NCBI RefSeq assembly: GCF_016432865.1 | Contig: NC_067399.1 | Span: 94,612,001-94,676,000 of the forward strand | DNA: 64,000 bases | Direction: 5' to 3' | DNA from: Antechinus flavipes | Lineage: Eukaryota | In this document: piece after piece, positions 51,498 through 62,770 of the stretch | Layout of the letters: each line of letters starts with the position of its first letter | Numbering within the stretch: position 1 is the stretch's first letter | Notes under the pieces: model-generated | What the model was told of the DNA's origin: nothing | The model's input: the letters and a program-made list of their open reading frames with translations, nothing else | Databases searched by the model: none | Translations under genes and position numbers: made by a program

Positions 51498-52012
51498 CTT
51501 TTTATTTTCAAAACACATGCATAGATGAGGATCTTTTTTTCTAGTGACAGTGTCTTGAAGCCCCCAACAGTTGTGTTCCTCATTATTAGCCACTAGTCAC
51601 TAGCACTTCAGTTTTAATTTAACCACTTAATATCACTTAACTTTTTCTAAGAAATGTTTACTTTGAAGACATAGCAATTACAAAAGTACAAACATTTTTC
51701 TCCTAATTCCTTGGAGGCACATTCTCTCTATGCCTTGGTCTCTGAGAAGAGTGAATCTGAAATAAGTTCAGTTTGTATATAACGTTGGTCTTACACCAAG
51801 TTTATGTCCAAATGGAGCATGACTGTTGTATGATACTTAACCCCCACTGAACTAGGTCTGAAAGGTCATTATTTGTTCCTTGTAGCACTGATGCTGAACT
51901 GAATATAAAACTCAGAATAGATTTTGACTCTTGTGATTTTTCCTCTGGGATCTGGAGGTTTATGGTCCTGAACTCCCCAAATTCCCAAGGATAAGAGTGT
52001 GGATTAATTTCC

Positions 52013-52250
52013 TTTGTTGTTGTTCAATTGTTTTAGCCATGTCCAGCCCTGAATAAGCCATTTGGAGTTTTCTTGGCAAAGATAAGTGGAGTGATTAGCC
52101 ATTTCCTTCTCCAGCTCATTTTGCATTTGAAAAACTGGGGCAAATAGGGTTAAGTGACTTGCCCAGGGTCACACAGCTGTTAAATTTGAGGCCCCTAAAC
52201 TCAGGAAGCTGAGTCTTACAGATTCAAAGCTAGTGCTCTATATACTATGT
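52013..52250 (-). mobile_element. Mar1-type CORE-SINE (RTE/BovB-like tail)
   Basis: ttcttggcaaagata..ggagtg...gccatttccttctccagctcatttt...gttaagtgacttgcccagggtcacacagct. Confidence 0.78.
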
Positions 52251-52945
52251 TGCCTTTTTTACCTAGAATGAAGATACTGAAGCAGGCAAAGAACCAAGAC
52301 CCAATTTCATGGAACTACATGATCTTGGGGGCGAGGGGGCGAAGAAGGTATAAAAACCTCCTGGTACAGCATTGTTTCTTATCAGTGCCACCAATAAAGG
52401 AATCAAACCAGTATGGTTTAGCTGGAGAGAAAATGGCTTTTTGAATGCTTCTGCAGTCAGAGCCTCCTATGCAACATGTGGATAGTTGACCAGATTCAGT
52501 TACAGAGTAACTCTTTGTTTCCAAAGTGTTTCCAAGGTTCTTCTATGGTATGTGATCATGATTCTTTTGAAGGAAATGTTCTTTATTCATATGAGGAGGT
52601 GCCCTCAGAGATGTTCTGAATATATGCCAGACCCCATTCTACATCTAAAATTCAGTGAAAGATCTGACCAAGAAAAGTTGTTATTAATATCAAATGGCAA
52701 ATAGGGAGATGCATTCTTGCCAAATATGTTTGCCACCAGTGGGAAAGATACCTAAGGATACAGTCAGATGACAGAGGAATTCTCTTTAGTTGATGAAGGC
52801 CTCAGGATGCATCTTTTTGCAGATGACATTGTGTTGATTATATCAAGCCCTAGAACATTACAAGGAAGGAGAGAAAGGGTAGTTTTTAGAAGGGTGAATT
52901 TAGAAAATACTGTTTAAGGTAGGAAGAAATGCTGCAATGGGAAAG

Positions 52946-52947
<2 letters not shown>

Positions 52948-52985
<38 letters not shown>
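52948..52985. repeat. (GT)n microsatellite
   Basis: Read directly. Confidence 0.95.
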
Positions 52986-52986
<1 letters not shown>

Positions 52987-53089
52987 CTGAATGAATTATG
53001 AACTATCCATTTAATGGTATATATCAGTCTGGACAACAGGTATTCTACATCTATGATCAATTTGTTTTAACATGAATATTTAGGCTTAA

Positions 53090-55000
53090 ATCTTTTCAGT
53101 GATTATGACTAAATTTAAGAGGAAGGCTGAGCTATCTTATATGTAGAATTAATTGGATATGGGAGAGGAGGTAAAGGAGAGCTAGTAGTTGAGGATGTTC
53201 TAAACCTGGGTGACTTGGAGACTGCTTATATCCATAATAGAAATAGTGGAGTTTGGAAGAGAGGAGAGTTTGAAGAGAAAGATGATCAGTTCTGTCTAGG
53301 ACTTGTTGAATGTGAGATGCTGATGGGATGTCCAGATAGAGATTTCTAGTCAGTCATTAATTGTGTAAGATTGGGATTCTGGTCAAAGATCAGATCTGGA
53401 GATGTGCGAGTCTGTGGGAGCTGATGAGATAATCAGGAGAGAAACTGAAGAGAGAAGACAGAGCCCAGGACAAACCTGTAAGATGCACTCTTCATCAGAC
53501 AAGAATGAACAATAGAATAGACTGAGAGGAGGAAGAATCAGGCTAGTAGAAGAAGAACCAGAGCAATACCATGGAAGCCAAGGGAGAAAAGCATAGTCAG
53601 GACAAGAAGTGGTCAAAAATATCAAAAGTGGTAAAAAGGGCAAGGACTGAAAAAAAAAAAAAAAAAAAAGATCCTTAGATTTAGCAGCTAGATTTTTTTG
53701 AGACAGTGAGTTTCAGTGATATGGATGGAAACCAGATTGCAAAGGGTGGAGAAGTGAGTAGATGGAGAAAATGAAGCCCATTATGCAGAGGACTCCTAGA
53801 GTGACCGAAGAATGGAGTACAGTAATTTGAAGAGATGGATTGGATTTTTACAAATTGTAAGTATCTGAACATTCCTGGACTGAGGGGAGGAAGCCAGTAG
53901 AAAGGAAAAGATTTGAAGATGAAAATGATGTATGAATACACATTTCTGGAGGAGATAAAAATGATGTGTCTGGGATAGTGGGAGACTGAAGCCTAGGAGA
54001 CAGTCAGAGGGATTGACATTGGCAAAGGAAGAAAGGAAGAGGAGACGTCTGTAGAAGTGTTTTGGAATATGGAGTAAGGAACTGAGGGAGATAGCAGATG
54101 GCCTTGGTTTTTCTCAGTAAAGGAGTTTGAGAAAGTTATAAAAGATTGAGAGAGAAGGTTTGGAATAATGGCTGTGAGAGTGACCCCGAGTCAATTCAGG
54201 AAGTCTAAAAGGATTGCTGTATTACATGAAGGCCCATCTGAGAATGGGTGACATGAACTTGTCATGAGTCCAGATGGCATGACTTCATTATTTCCTTCAG
54301 TAACTAGGAGCAGAGAAGGTGATGATTAGGGCTGGACCCAGACGTGAAGACAGGATGTAAAATATGAGAACAGAATGAGTCTAGAGGGTAATGATTGGAA
54401 GATGGCTTCTCATCATAGTTTTTTATTCTGCAATCAAGACTCTGAAAAGAAAATGAGACCAAAGGAGGAGTGACAGATTTGAATTGGGGTCAGTGACAAT
54501 GAAGACTATATTTTGGAGCAGTGAAGGCAGAGGAAGAGATAAAAAGATAAGAGATTGTGACCAAAAAAGGGAATTTTAGAATTCAGGCTTATGATGATGG
54601 CGTCAATTGGAGGTGGTGGTAGGGACTAAGGCTATCTCTGTGAGGAGCTGAGGTAGAGTGAAGATGTAATGAGGACATTGATGAAGTGAAAAACAGCATA
54701 TTTACCAGGCCATTACAGCAAATATAAAGGCTCTCTAATAAAGGGCAGTAGTTGAGATGGGGAAGACTGGGCCAGACACTCATCTTGTTGAGGAAGGAGG
54801 ATGAGTGACCGTGGGGCCAAGACACAGCAGCCACAAGGATCTATCTGGACAGGGCCATGTTGATAGAGTGTGTGAGTCTCAAAGGGGAAGAGGTTTCTGA
54901 ATCCTTGTGGTAGGGCAATCCTTATAAGTAACTGGGGTGCAAGCAATATTCTTAAGAGACATGAAAGGATCAGCTGGCACTAGAGAGCACTAACAGAGAT
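53090..55000 (-). mobile_element. L2 LINE relic
   Basis: Purine-rich degenerate L2 body (gagaggagagtttgaagagaaagatgatcagttc...). Confidence 0.55.
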
Positions 55001-55996
55001 GAAGTGTTTTCTGGAAGTTAAATTTCTGTGAGTACAAAAAAAGATGGAAAGAATGGTAGGGAGAAATCTAAGAAAGTAAATTTCAAGATTGAGATTTTAG
55101 GGGCTAAATGGAAGGGAAGACCACATGCTGAGAAGAGGTCATAAAAGAGAGATAGATATACCTTAGTAGATTGCAACTCTGAATCGCAAAGATTGAAGAG
55201 TTGAAGATGGTAATTTTCTAGCTACAGGTTATTTGACTACTAATTTTAGGTTAGTTTGATTGATTAATGGAGGACTTCTCTGGAAATTAATGTTGTCAGT
55301 ATGTAAGAATTTTTACTTTGTACATTTTGCTTTTCATTGTAATTTTGTGGTATTTGCTTGACTTCTGGTTATCATGGAGACTGTTTTTGTGGGTGTCTCT
55401 CTGAAAGCATCATGCAAAGTGATGAATTGAATGAGTGTGTGTTTTTTTAAAAATAACTTCTGAGGCAATAGATACTTCAGAAAACTGGGATTTGAGGCAA
55501 AATATTTCAAGTATCTCATCTTTTGGCATGCCCTCAGTTTTCCCTTGCTATGTCATTAATACAAGGTTACCTAATGAGATGGAGAAATTAATTCATCTAC
55601 AACTCCTTGATGGCCTTTTTTGCTATTTTGCCATAAATAATGTTTGCTATTTTGTAGATTCTTGTTTATTTCGGTATGATGGTAAAATCTGATTTGCTGT
55701 AAGGTCTTTTAAATCAAGCTTGGGTTCAAAATTGGAGTAGGAATATCCTATTGAATATATTAGTGATAGGGAACAAAAGTTTTGGTGGTTCACATGTAAC
55801 TATCAACTTAACATTATGGAAGCCTAGCTTTTGAGTTTCCTCACAAAAACAATTCACTAACTATTTTTAAGAGGGTCTATTTCATCTCCCATTATTTGGT
55901 TAACAAGTAATAACAAGAATAACAATAGATTCTTTAAAAACTGATCTGTCCTTATTGGCAGGAAAGACAATTTTAGCCAAGCTGAAAAAATTTTAA

Positions 55997-56158
55997 GGTT
56001 TTTTTTGTTTATTTGTTTGTTTTCTGAAGCAATTGGGGTTAAGTGACTTGCCCAAGGTCACACAGCTAGGAAGTGTCAAGTGTCTGAGAACACATTTGAA
56101 CTCAGGTCCTCCTGACTTAAGGGCAGGTGCTCTATCCACTGCGCCATCTAGCTGCCTC
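55997..56158 (-). mobile_element. WSINE1-type SINE
   Basis: gcaattggggttaagtgacttgcccaaggtcacacagctagg...ctgcgccatctagctgcc. Confidence 0.88.
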
Positions 56159-58549
56159 CTGTAGAGTATTTTCAAGTGAATCTTAGAACCCTTAAAAAAA
56201 TTTTCAATCTCTTTTTCAAACCATCTAACATCAGTAGTTAATAAAACTCAATCCATCCATATATTCCCCTTCTAGATTATTAATTGCATTTTAGTTTTTT
56301 ACATACTGATTTGTCTCTTTTGTTTGATACCTATTTTTTCCTGTTTGTTACTAATTCAGTTTGTCAGGTAAAGCTTCAGACTATTACTGAGTCAATGTTC
56401 TCATCGTTGGATACCACATAAACATCCTGAAGAACTTCTGGTTGCCATTAACATGTTCTTTGTATTGTATGCATTTCTCACTTATATTGATTTTGTTAAA
56501 TACTTATATTTAATGTTTAAATGTAGGAATATGATTAAAGTGGTTCCCCTCTTTCAAATAAAAACATGTGTGGTTATTCAGAATTAGTACAATGGGGTGA
56601 GCTAGTTAAGCAAGAAAAAAAGAGTGCTGGTGAAAAGATATTTCTCTAGCTTTAAAAAGCCCCTTTGAATTTAGATTAAAATAAATTTATATGATTTTGG
56701 TGAATGCCAAGTCAGTAGTTTTCTCATATTATAACTGGGTGGAAATGGCAAGGGAAATTCCAAGCAGCGAGAAGGAAGAAATTAGTGAAATGTACAGAAA
56801 TAAGCAGAAGAAATGTTAGGTGACTTAAGACAATAAGAATTGATTTTCAAATGGAGCACCATTTTTTTTTTTAAGCCAAATTATCAAATTGTGATATATA
56901 AAGACTTAGAGCTATAAAGGACTTTAGAAATCATTAATTTTTCCTTTTCCTTATAAATTAGGAAAACTCAAGCTCAAAGCAGAGGTCAGATTAACTTGAT
57001 CAAGGTTATACAATATTCAGATTTAGGAAATATTAAGAACACAGTGTGTATAGGGCATAGTGCTAAGCCCTGGGAATGAGATGAACTTTGGATAAGTGAA
57101 GCCTAGTGGAGTTCATGGGCCACTTGGAGGATAAGATAAAAAATGATTGTACATGAAAATTACATTAGAGTTTAAAATAACCTTTATTATATAAAGTTTG
57201 AAGAGGAAGATGCTTATCCAAAGGAAGAATCAGGGAAATATTTATTTAACAATTGATGGTTGAATTGGATTCAAAGTATGGTCAGAAATTCAGTGGTCAT
57301 ACAGGGAAGGAAGAACATTCTAAACTTATGTCAATATGAGCAAAGACATAGACAAAAAATTCCAGGACATATTCAGGGATCAGGAAGAAGAAATATTAAA
57401 TAAGGCTAGAATGCTAGATGAGTTCCAGATTGTATAGGATTTTGAATGTCAAATATTGCAATTTGAACTTTGAAAGAAGTAGAATGCAACTCTAGGTATT
57501 TTGAGCAGAGGCAAGACATGGCTGTATCTATATATCATATTGATATTGTTTTTAGAAGAATTGTTAATGAACCAAACATTTCTTGGGTAGATATTTTTCA
57601 ACCTGGAAATAGATTTTGAAGTGAAAGGTATTATCCTATAATGGATAAATTCAGTTTTTGGCATTAGAAAGATCTGTGTTCAGATAAAAACTTTGTGAAT
57701 GTTGGCAAATACATATAACTTTGTGAATATAGACTTTGTGAATCTTGGCAAATCACTGAACTCAATAGCATGCCAGGAAACCTTTGATACAGAGTATTTA
57801 CATATATACATTGAAGGGAGGGGTTTCATCAAGGAGAATTCTTTTCAGTCTTATGTTCTCCATTCTATCCTCCATCAGAGTTGACAAGATTGTTTTCTTC
57901 CATTTGATATGAATCTTAGAAGTTGTGAAAATTGTTCTTTAGCTATACATCAGACATTATTTTGTTATCAGTATGAAGGATAAATTAGATAGGGGTAGAG
58001 AAATTAGAGGTATGAAGATAAATCTAGGTGAGTAATTATTAGTAAGAATAGAGCAGAGGATGTGGATCTGAGAAATGTCCTTTAGGCAGGTTGAATTTAT
58101 AAGATTTGATAACTGATTGGTTGAAGACTAGAAGAAGAAAAGGAATAAGAAGAATCAAAGACAGTTTTAAGGATGAAAATGTGGAAAACTAAGGGAATGG
58201 TGGTAACATGAACTGAAATGTTAAAGTCATAAAGAGCAGTTTTAAGAGAAAGATTTTGAGTTTAGTTTTGGACATACTGAATTTGAGGCCTCAGTGAGAC
58301 ATTGAGTTCATTTAGACAAACATTTATTAGATTCCTTCTATATTCAAGGTACTGTGGTATTGCTAGGGTTATAGAGATGAAAAATGACAGACCCTAATTT
58401 CAACTAATAAAAAATTGCCTGTGAGGATGATATGTGTATAATTCAAGGTAGAATTTAATGAAGGCCAAGCAAAAATCTAGGTAGTATTCTAGAAAAATTT
58501 AAGAAGGAAGATAATATTTTTAACTGAGGGGACCAGGGAAGATTTTAAT

Positions 58550-58715
58550 AATAATATCTTCCTTATTATAATAGCTAGCATTTGTAAAATGTTTTAAGGT
58601 TTATAGTGTACTTTACAAAAATGACCTGATTTGATCTTCACTGCAATCTATGGAGTTGGATACTGTTGTCTCTGTTTTAAAGAGAGGAAATGTTGGCAGA
58701 GAAAGTTAAGTGACT
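58550..58715. repeat. Dispersed duplication copy A (MIR-derived); copy B at 60338-60555
   Basis: 4 mismatches over 166 aligned nt, plus a ~52-nt insertion in copy B. Confidence 0.9.
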
Positions 58716-60337
58716 TATTTAGTTATACAATTAGTAAGTGTCTGAGACTAGATTTGAACTCAGGTCTTCCTGACTCTGGGTCCAGCACTATTATCTGCGG
58801 TATCACCTAGATTTCATGGAAGATTTGGTACCTAAGCTGAGCTGGAAAGAAGAAGATCTAAATGTCGAGATAAGGTAAAAATACATTGCAGCAAACTGGG
58901 GGAGGGGATAGAGAGTGGGCATTGCCTTTGAGAATAGTGAATTAGGACATGGCATGGTCTAGGCAAGGCTTTACACAGCTTCAAAAGTAAATTTCTGAAA
59001 TACAGAGAACTGGTTATTTCTATTGCTCAAAATCAGAAACCAATGGAATCAGTTGGTGACTTAATAATAGAACCAGATGTAATCTGTTCTGTAGACTTAC
59101 AAATATAGATCTGGAAAACACAAGAGAGGTCAGGGCTAGAAATTAAGATTTAGGAGACATAAAGGTAATTGAAATGAGACTGAATAACATCTGATTCAAC
59201 AAATCTTTATTAAATACCTACTATACACAAGGGATTTGGAGATAAAGAGACAAACAAGAAACAGACACGGCCTTCAGAGACCTTATATTCAAATGGGGAA
59301 CATAGCAGAAAATCATAGGTTTAGAATTGGATGGTACCCAAGAGAAGATCTAGATGACTAACAGTAAGGACAATTAGTCAGGAAAAGCTTCCTATAGAAG
59401 ATGTCACTTGAGTTCAGCTTTAAAGGAAACTGAGGATTTTAGGAGGCCAACATGAGTGCATTGTGAGTATGGGTGGTAGTTCCCAGTCAGATAAACAAAA
59501 TTTGGAGGTAGCTGGAAACAGCTGATAGTCAGGTTTGGCTGAAACAAAGAATTGGTGAAAGGGAAATGTGAAAGAAGTCTTGGAAGATAAGTTGGAGCCA
59601 GATGTGAAGGGCTTTAAATGTCAGTGTGAGTTTTGGATTTTATTGTAAAATTTTTAAGGAATCACTAAAAATTTGAAGATTGTTTTGGCAGTTGTGTGGA
59701 ATATATTATAGGAAGGAAAGTGACTAGAAGTAAAGAGACCAATTAATAGGCTTTGGTAATAAGTCAGGCAAGAAGTGATAATAAGTACCTGCTTTGGTGG
59801 GGTGTGGTAGTGTGATTGGACAGAATGAATTTGGTGCAAAAGACGTGGAGATAGAAGGAACAAGATTTAGCAGCTGCTTGGGTATAGAATGTAAGAGAGA
59901 GGGAAGAGTTAAGGGTGACTACCTCATGGTTGTGAATCTGCTTGACTAGAAGAATAGTGTTTTTCACAGAAACAGGGAAGTTGAAAAAAGTGTTCTCTTT
60001 AGGGAGATGAATCCCATATTGGGCATTTAATCAAACTTAGCATGTTAGGATTGTCTATTGGATGCCCAGCAGGAAGTTGGTTATATGAGACTGCAATTTA
60101 GGATAGAGAGGACTTGATTTAGAATCATTTGCAAAATGATGTTAATTGAACCTATGGGAGATAAAGTGTTGCTCCAGAAAAAGTGTGCAGAGAGAGAAAA
60201 GAAGCAAGCCTAGGACATAGCTTTGAAGGAAGAAACTTATAGTACAGAAGCTGGAAGATGATCAAGCAATGTTTAAAGTAATATTTTAAAACGCAAAAGT
60301 AAAACAGGAATATTACAAGAGAATGGTTAAGTTACAG

Positions 60338-60555
60338 AATAATATCTTCCTTATTATAATAGCTAGCATTTGTAAAATGTTTTAAGATTTATAGTGTACT
60401 TTACAAAAGTAAAGTGTATTTAGTATTATAGTGTAAAGTATTATAGTGTATTTTACAAAAATGACCTGATTTGATCCTCACTGCAATCTGTGGAGTTGGA
60501 TACTGTTGTCTCTGTTTTAAAAAGAGGAAATGTTGGCAGAGAAAGTTAAGTGACT
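60338..60555. repeat. Dispersed duplication copy B
   Basis: Starts aataatatcttccttattataatagctagc and ends gaaagttaagtgact, exactly as copy A. Confidence 0.9.
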
Positions 60556-60736
60556 ACAAGAGGGAAGGGAGAGGATGTAGTAGAAGAAAGGTCAGGAGAG
60601 GGAAGAAAAGAAGGACAGAACAAAAATCTTTGGGGAAATACTTGGCAAAGTGAAATGTGAGAACTTGGCTTACTACCTATAAAATATATTTTCTTTTAAG
60701 TTTTTTTCCTAATTGTTGATGTTTTTCTTCATACAG

Positions 60737-60766
60737 GGCAATTCTAAAAAGAACAAAAGTCGATAG
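60737..60766 (+). CDS. PPP1R21: PPP1R21 exon 22 coding part (GNSKKNKSR*)
   Basis: cttcatacag| acceptor; GGC AAT TCT AAA AAG AAC AAA AGT CGA TAG. Confidence 0.95.
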   Translation, partial: GNSKKNKSR

Positions 60767-60981
60767 TTTACAAATAGTTGGGTCAGTCAGGGGACTGTCC
60801 TTTCTGATGCTGCTGCTGCCCAGAACTGCAGGTGCTGAAAATCCTTGTCCATTTCTGGAGTCAGCCTTTTCAAAAAACTGAAGTATTATTGGACCTAGTC
60901 ACAAGTCAATGCTGTATATGGCTATGAAAAAATTAGAATGTATTTGTAACCAGTAAGGTAAATATAGAATTTGATGTCAAC

Positions 60982-60987
60982 AATAAA
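60982..60987 (+). terminator. proximal polyadenylation signal AATAAA
   Basis: Canonical hexamer about 215 nt after the stop codon. Confidence 0.45.
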
Positions 60988-61352
60988 ATGCAAAACAATA
61001 TACAATACCATGAATCTTGTAGAAATTTCCTTAAGCTGTTTTTACTGTGCACTTTTTAAGATTAGGCTTTAATTTCAGTATGTAAGAACAAAGAAGATTT
61101 TGTATATTTTCAAACTCAATTATTTGGCAACAGATTTGGTATCAGTGCAATAGATGTATGTTTCTGGATAAAATGTTTAAATTAGCAACTTTTCACTGTT
61201 TCTTGCTATAATTGAAAACAGTCTCCAGATTGTTTATGGAGACCTCTCCATTATTTTTTTGACCATTCAAACTTAGTTCTTGTGGGTTTATTATTGTCTC
61301 TGTTTCCTGAATCACTCTGTATTAGGATGATTAGCTTATGGAAGTTGATGTC

Positions 61353-61418
61353 AATAAATTCATACTTAAAGCAAATTGTATCTGTCTTTCTAATGTATGT
61401 TCAATAATGGAAATTAAA
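61353..61418 (+). terminator. distal polyadenylation signals (AATAAA 61353-61358; ATTAAA 61413-61418)
   Basis: Hexamers followed by T/GT-rich downstream sequence. Confidence 0.55.
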
Positions 61419-62559
61419 AACTTTTGGGATATGATAAAATCAAAACCTTAAAACATCTTTCTGATACCTTTGTGTCATTTGAATTAGGTATTTCAGTTAA
61501 TTTTTTTTAAAAGATTGATGAAATTTGATCAATGAAAGATGCTCTTTTAGCTCAGCCCTGAATCAAAACTCCTAAGTCCTTTTCCATTCCTTCTTGTTAT
61601 TCCTCAGTTCTCCCACGTATAGTCTATGTACAAACTTTGTTGCTATTGCTTCCTTCATAATGTTGCTTATGTTTGTTTACCTTTCTTTCTATTCTTGTAA
61701 TCGAATAACTTAGACCAGCATTTGTGTATCTTAAAACTACAATACTATAACCTCCTAACTTTAGATAGTAAGGTATGATTGTTTTTTTTAAGATTATTCT
61801 AACTGAACATTAATGAGAAGAGTCTTCCAACTCTTCTGTAACTTAAGCATATGAAGGCAAAGATAGTAATATAGTTGATAGTGGTTGAGAAAACATCTGG
61901 CACAGCAGCACCTCCTCTATGGGAATAGTTTGTTCTAAAATAGAGGAAGTTTCTTTTCCCAGTGGAGAGCCATGTCCTTAGACTTTAAGGAGATTAAGTG
62001 GGAAACCTTGCCATTAAAGTGACTGCCACTTTGCCTTTAATTTTTAAGTACTTTTGTGATTAGCTACAAATTGGGAAATTAGTTTGCAGTCAGAGCCTTT
62101 TAGTATTGCTTGTAGCACATGTGAACCATTGAAATAAAGAATTTGAGTGGATAGTCCTAGAAAGCTATTCTCTTCATAATTAGAACTTTTTTAAAAAAGG
62201 GAAAGAAGAATTATCTCCTAAATGGAGACTTGCTGGAGGTCCTTGTTTCATTTTCAGGATATAAGTTAGAAAAAAAACAGAACAGATCTAGCATTCACCT
62301 CTGCTATATCAAGCCCATGTAGCTTTTTATCTTTTGCTTTACTGGGAGCACCAAACTCATCTCTTGAGTCCAATTCCAGCTTTTCCATAGAAAACAGCAT
62401 ACAACAATGTGGCCAAAAGGAGGCCCCCTGTAAGCCCAAGAACAGCACCTTAACCAGATGCTTTCATTCTGCACAGATCATAACTTCACCCAATTCATGT
62501 ATAACTTTGAGTCATAGGCAATCTGTGTGGAACAAATGCTGAAGAATATGCTTACATGT

Positions 62560-62770
62560 AACATTTTGTGATATTATTTATTATCTCGAACCATTTGTGT
62601 CTTGCTTTATTTTGCTTTTCATCTGTTTATGTTTGTCTTCTCAACCAGAGTGTAAGCTCCTTGGGGGCAGGGACTGTCTCAGATGTCTTTGTATCCCCTG
62701 CAGGGCTTACCACAGTGCCTTGCACTCAGTAGGCGCATAATAAATGTTTGTTGGATGATTTATTGTTGAG
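62560..62770 (+). mobile_element. L2 3' end
   Basis: agagtgtaagctccttgggggcagggactgtct...cagtaggcgcataataaatgtttgttgg. Confidence 0.75.

Larger units (their letters stand above)
49560..52860 (+). mobile_element. Fragmented RTE-clade LINE (APE endonuclease to RT), interrupted by L2, MIR, L1 and Mar1
   Basis: IVGDFNAKI at ~49687 and LFADDIVLIISSPRTLQ at ~52812-52863. Confidence 0.75.
56980..60640 (-). mobile_element. Cluster of L2 relics with interspersed MIR
   Basis: Several L2 3'-end motifs (aacaaatctttattaaatacctacta; catttattagattcc) and purine-rich bodies. Confidence 0.55.
5472..61440 (+). other. PPP1R21: PPP1R21 gene, partial (exons 5-22 plus 3' UTR); exons 1-4 are upstream of the window
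   Basis: 18 exons with AG/GT boundaries join in frame (sizes 165,59,95,53,150,102,89,137,93,128,153,93,249,33,117,99,129,30 = 1974 nt). The translation FFEADEQHKH...GNSKKNKSR* matches PPP1R21 as I recall it. The 3' end is approximate. Confidence 0.97.
60767..61440 (+). other. PPP1R21: PPP1R21 3' UTR (end approximate)
   Basis: Repeat-free AU-rich sequence after the stop, containing AATAAA at 60982 and 61353 and ATTAAA at 61413. Confidence 0.7.

Noticed and set aside
55420-55462. Box C/D snoRNA (GTGATGA...CTGA)
   Set aside because: The span is too short (~43 nt) and has no terminal stem.
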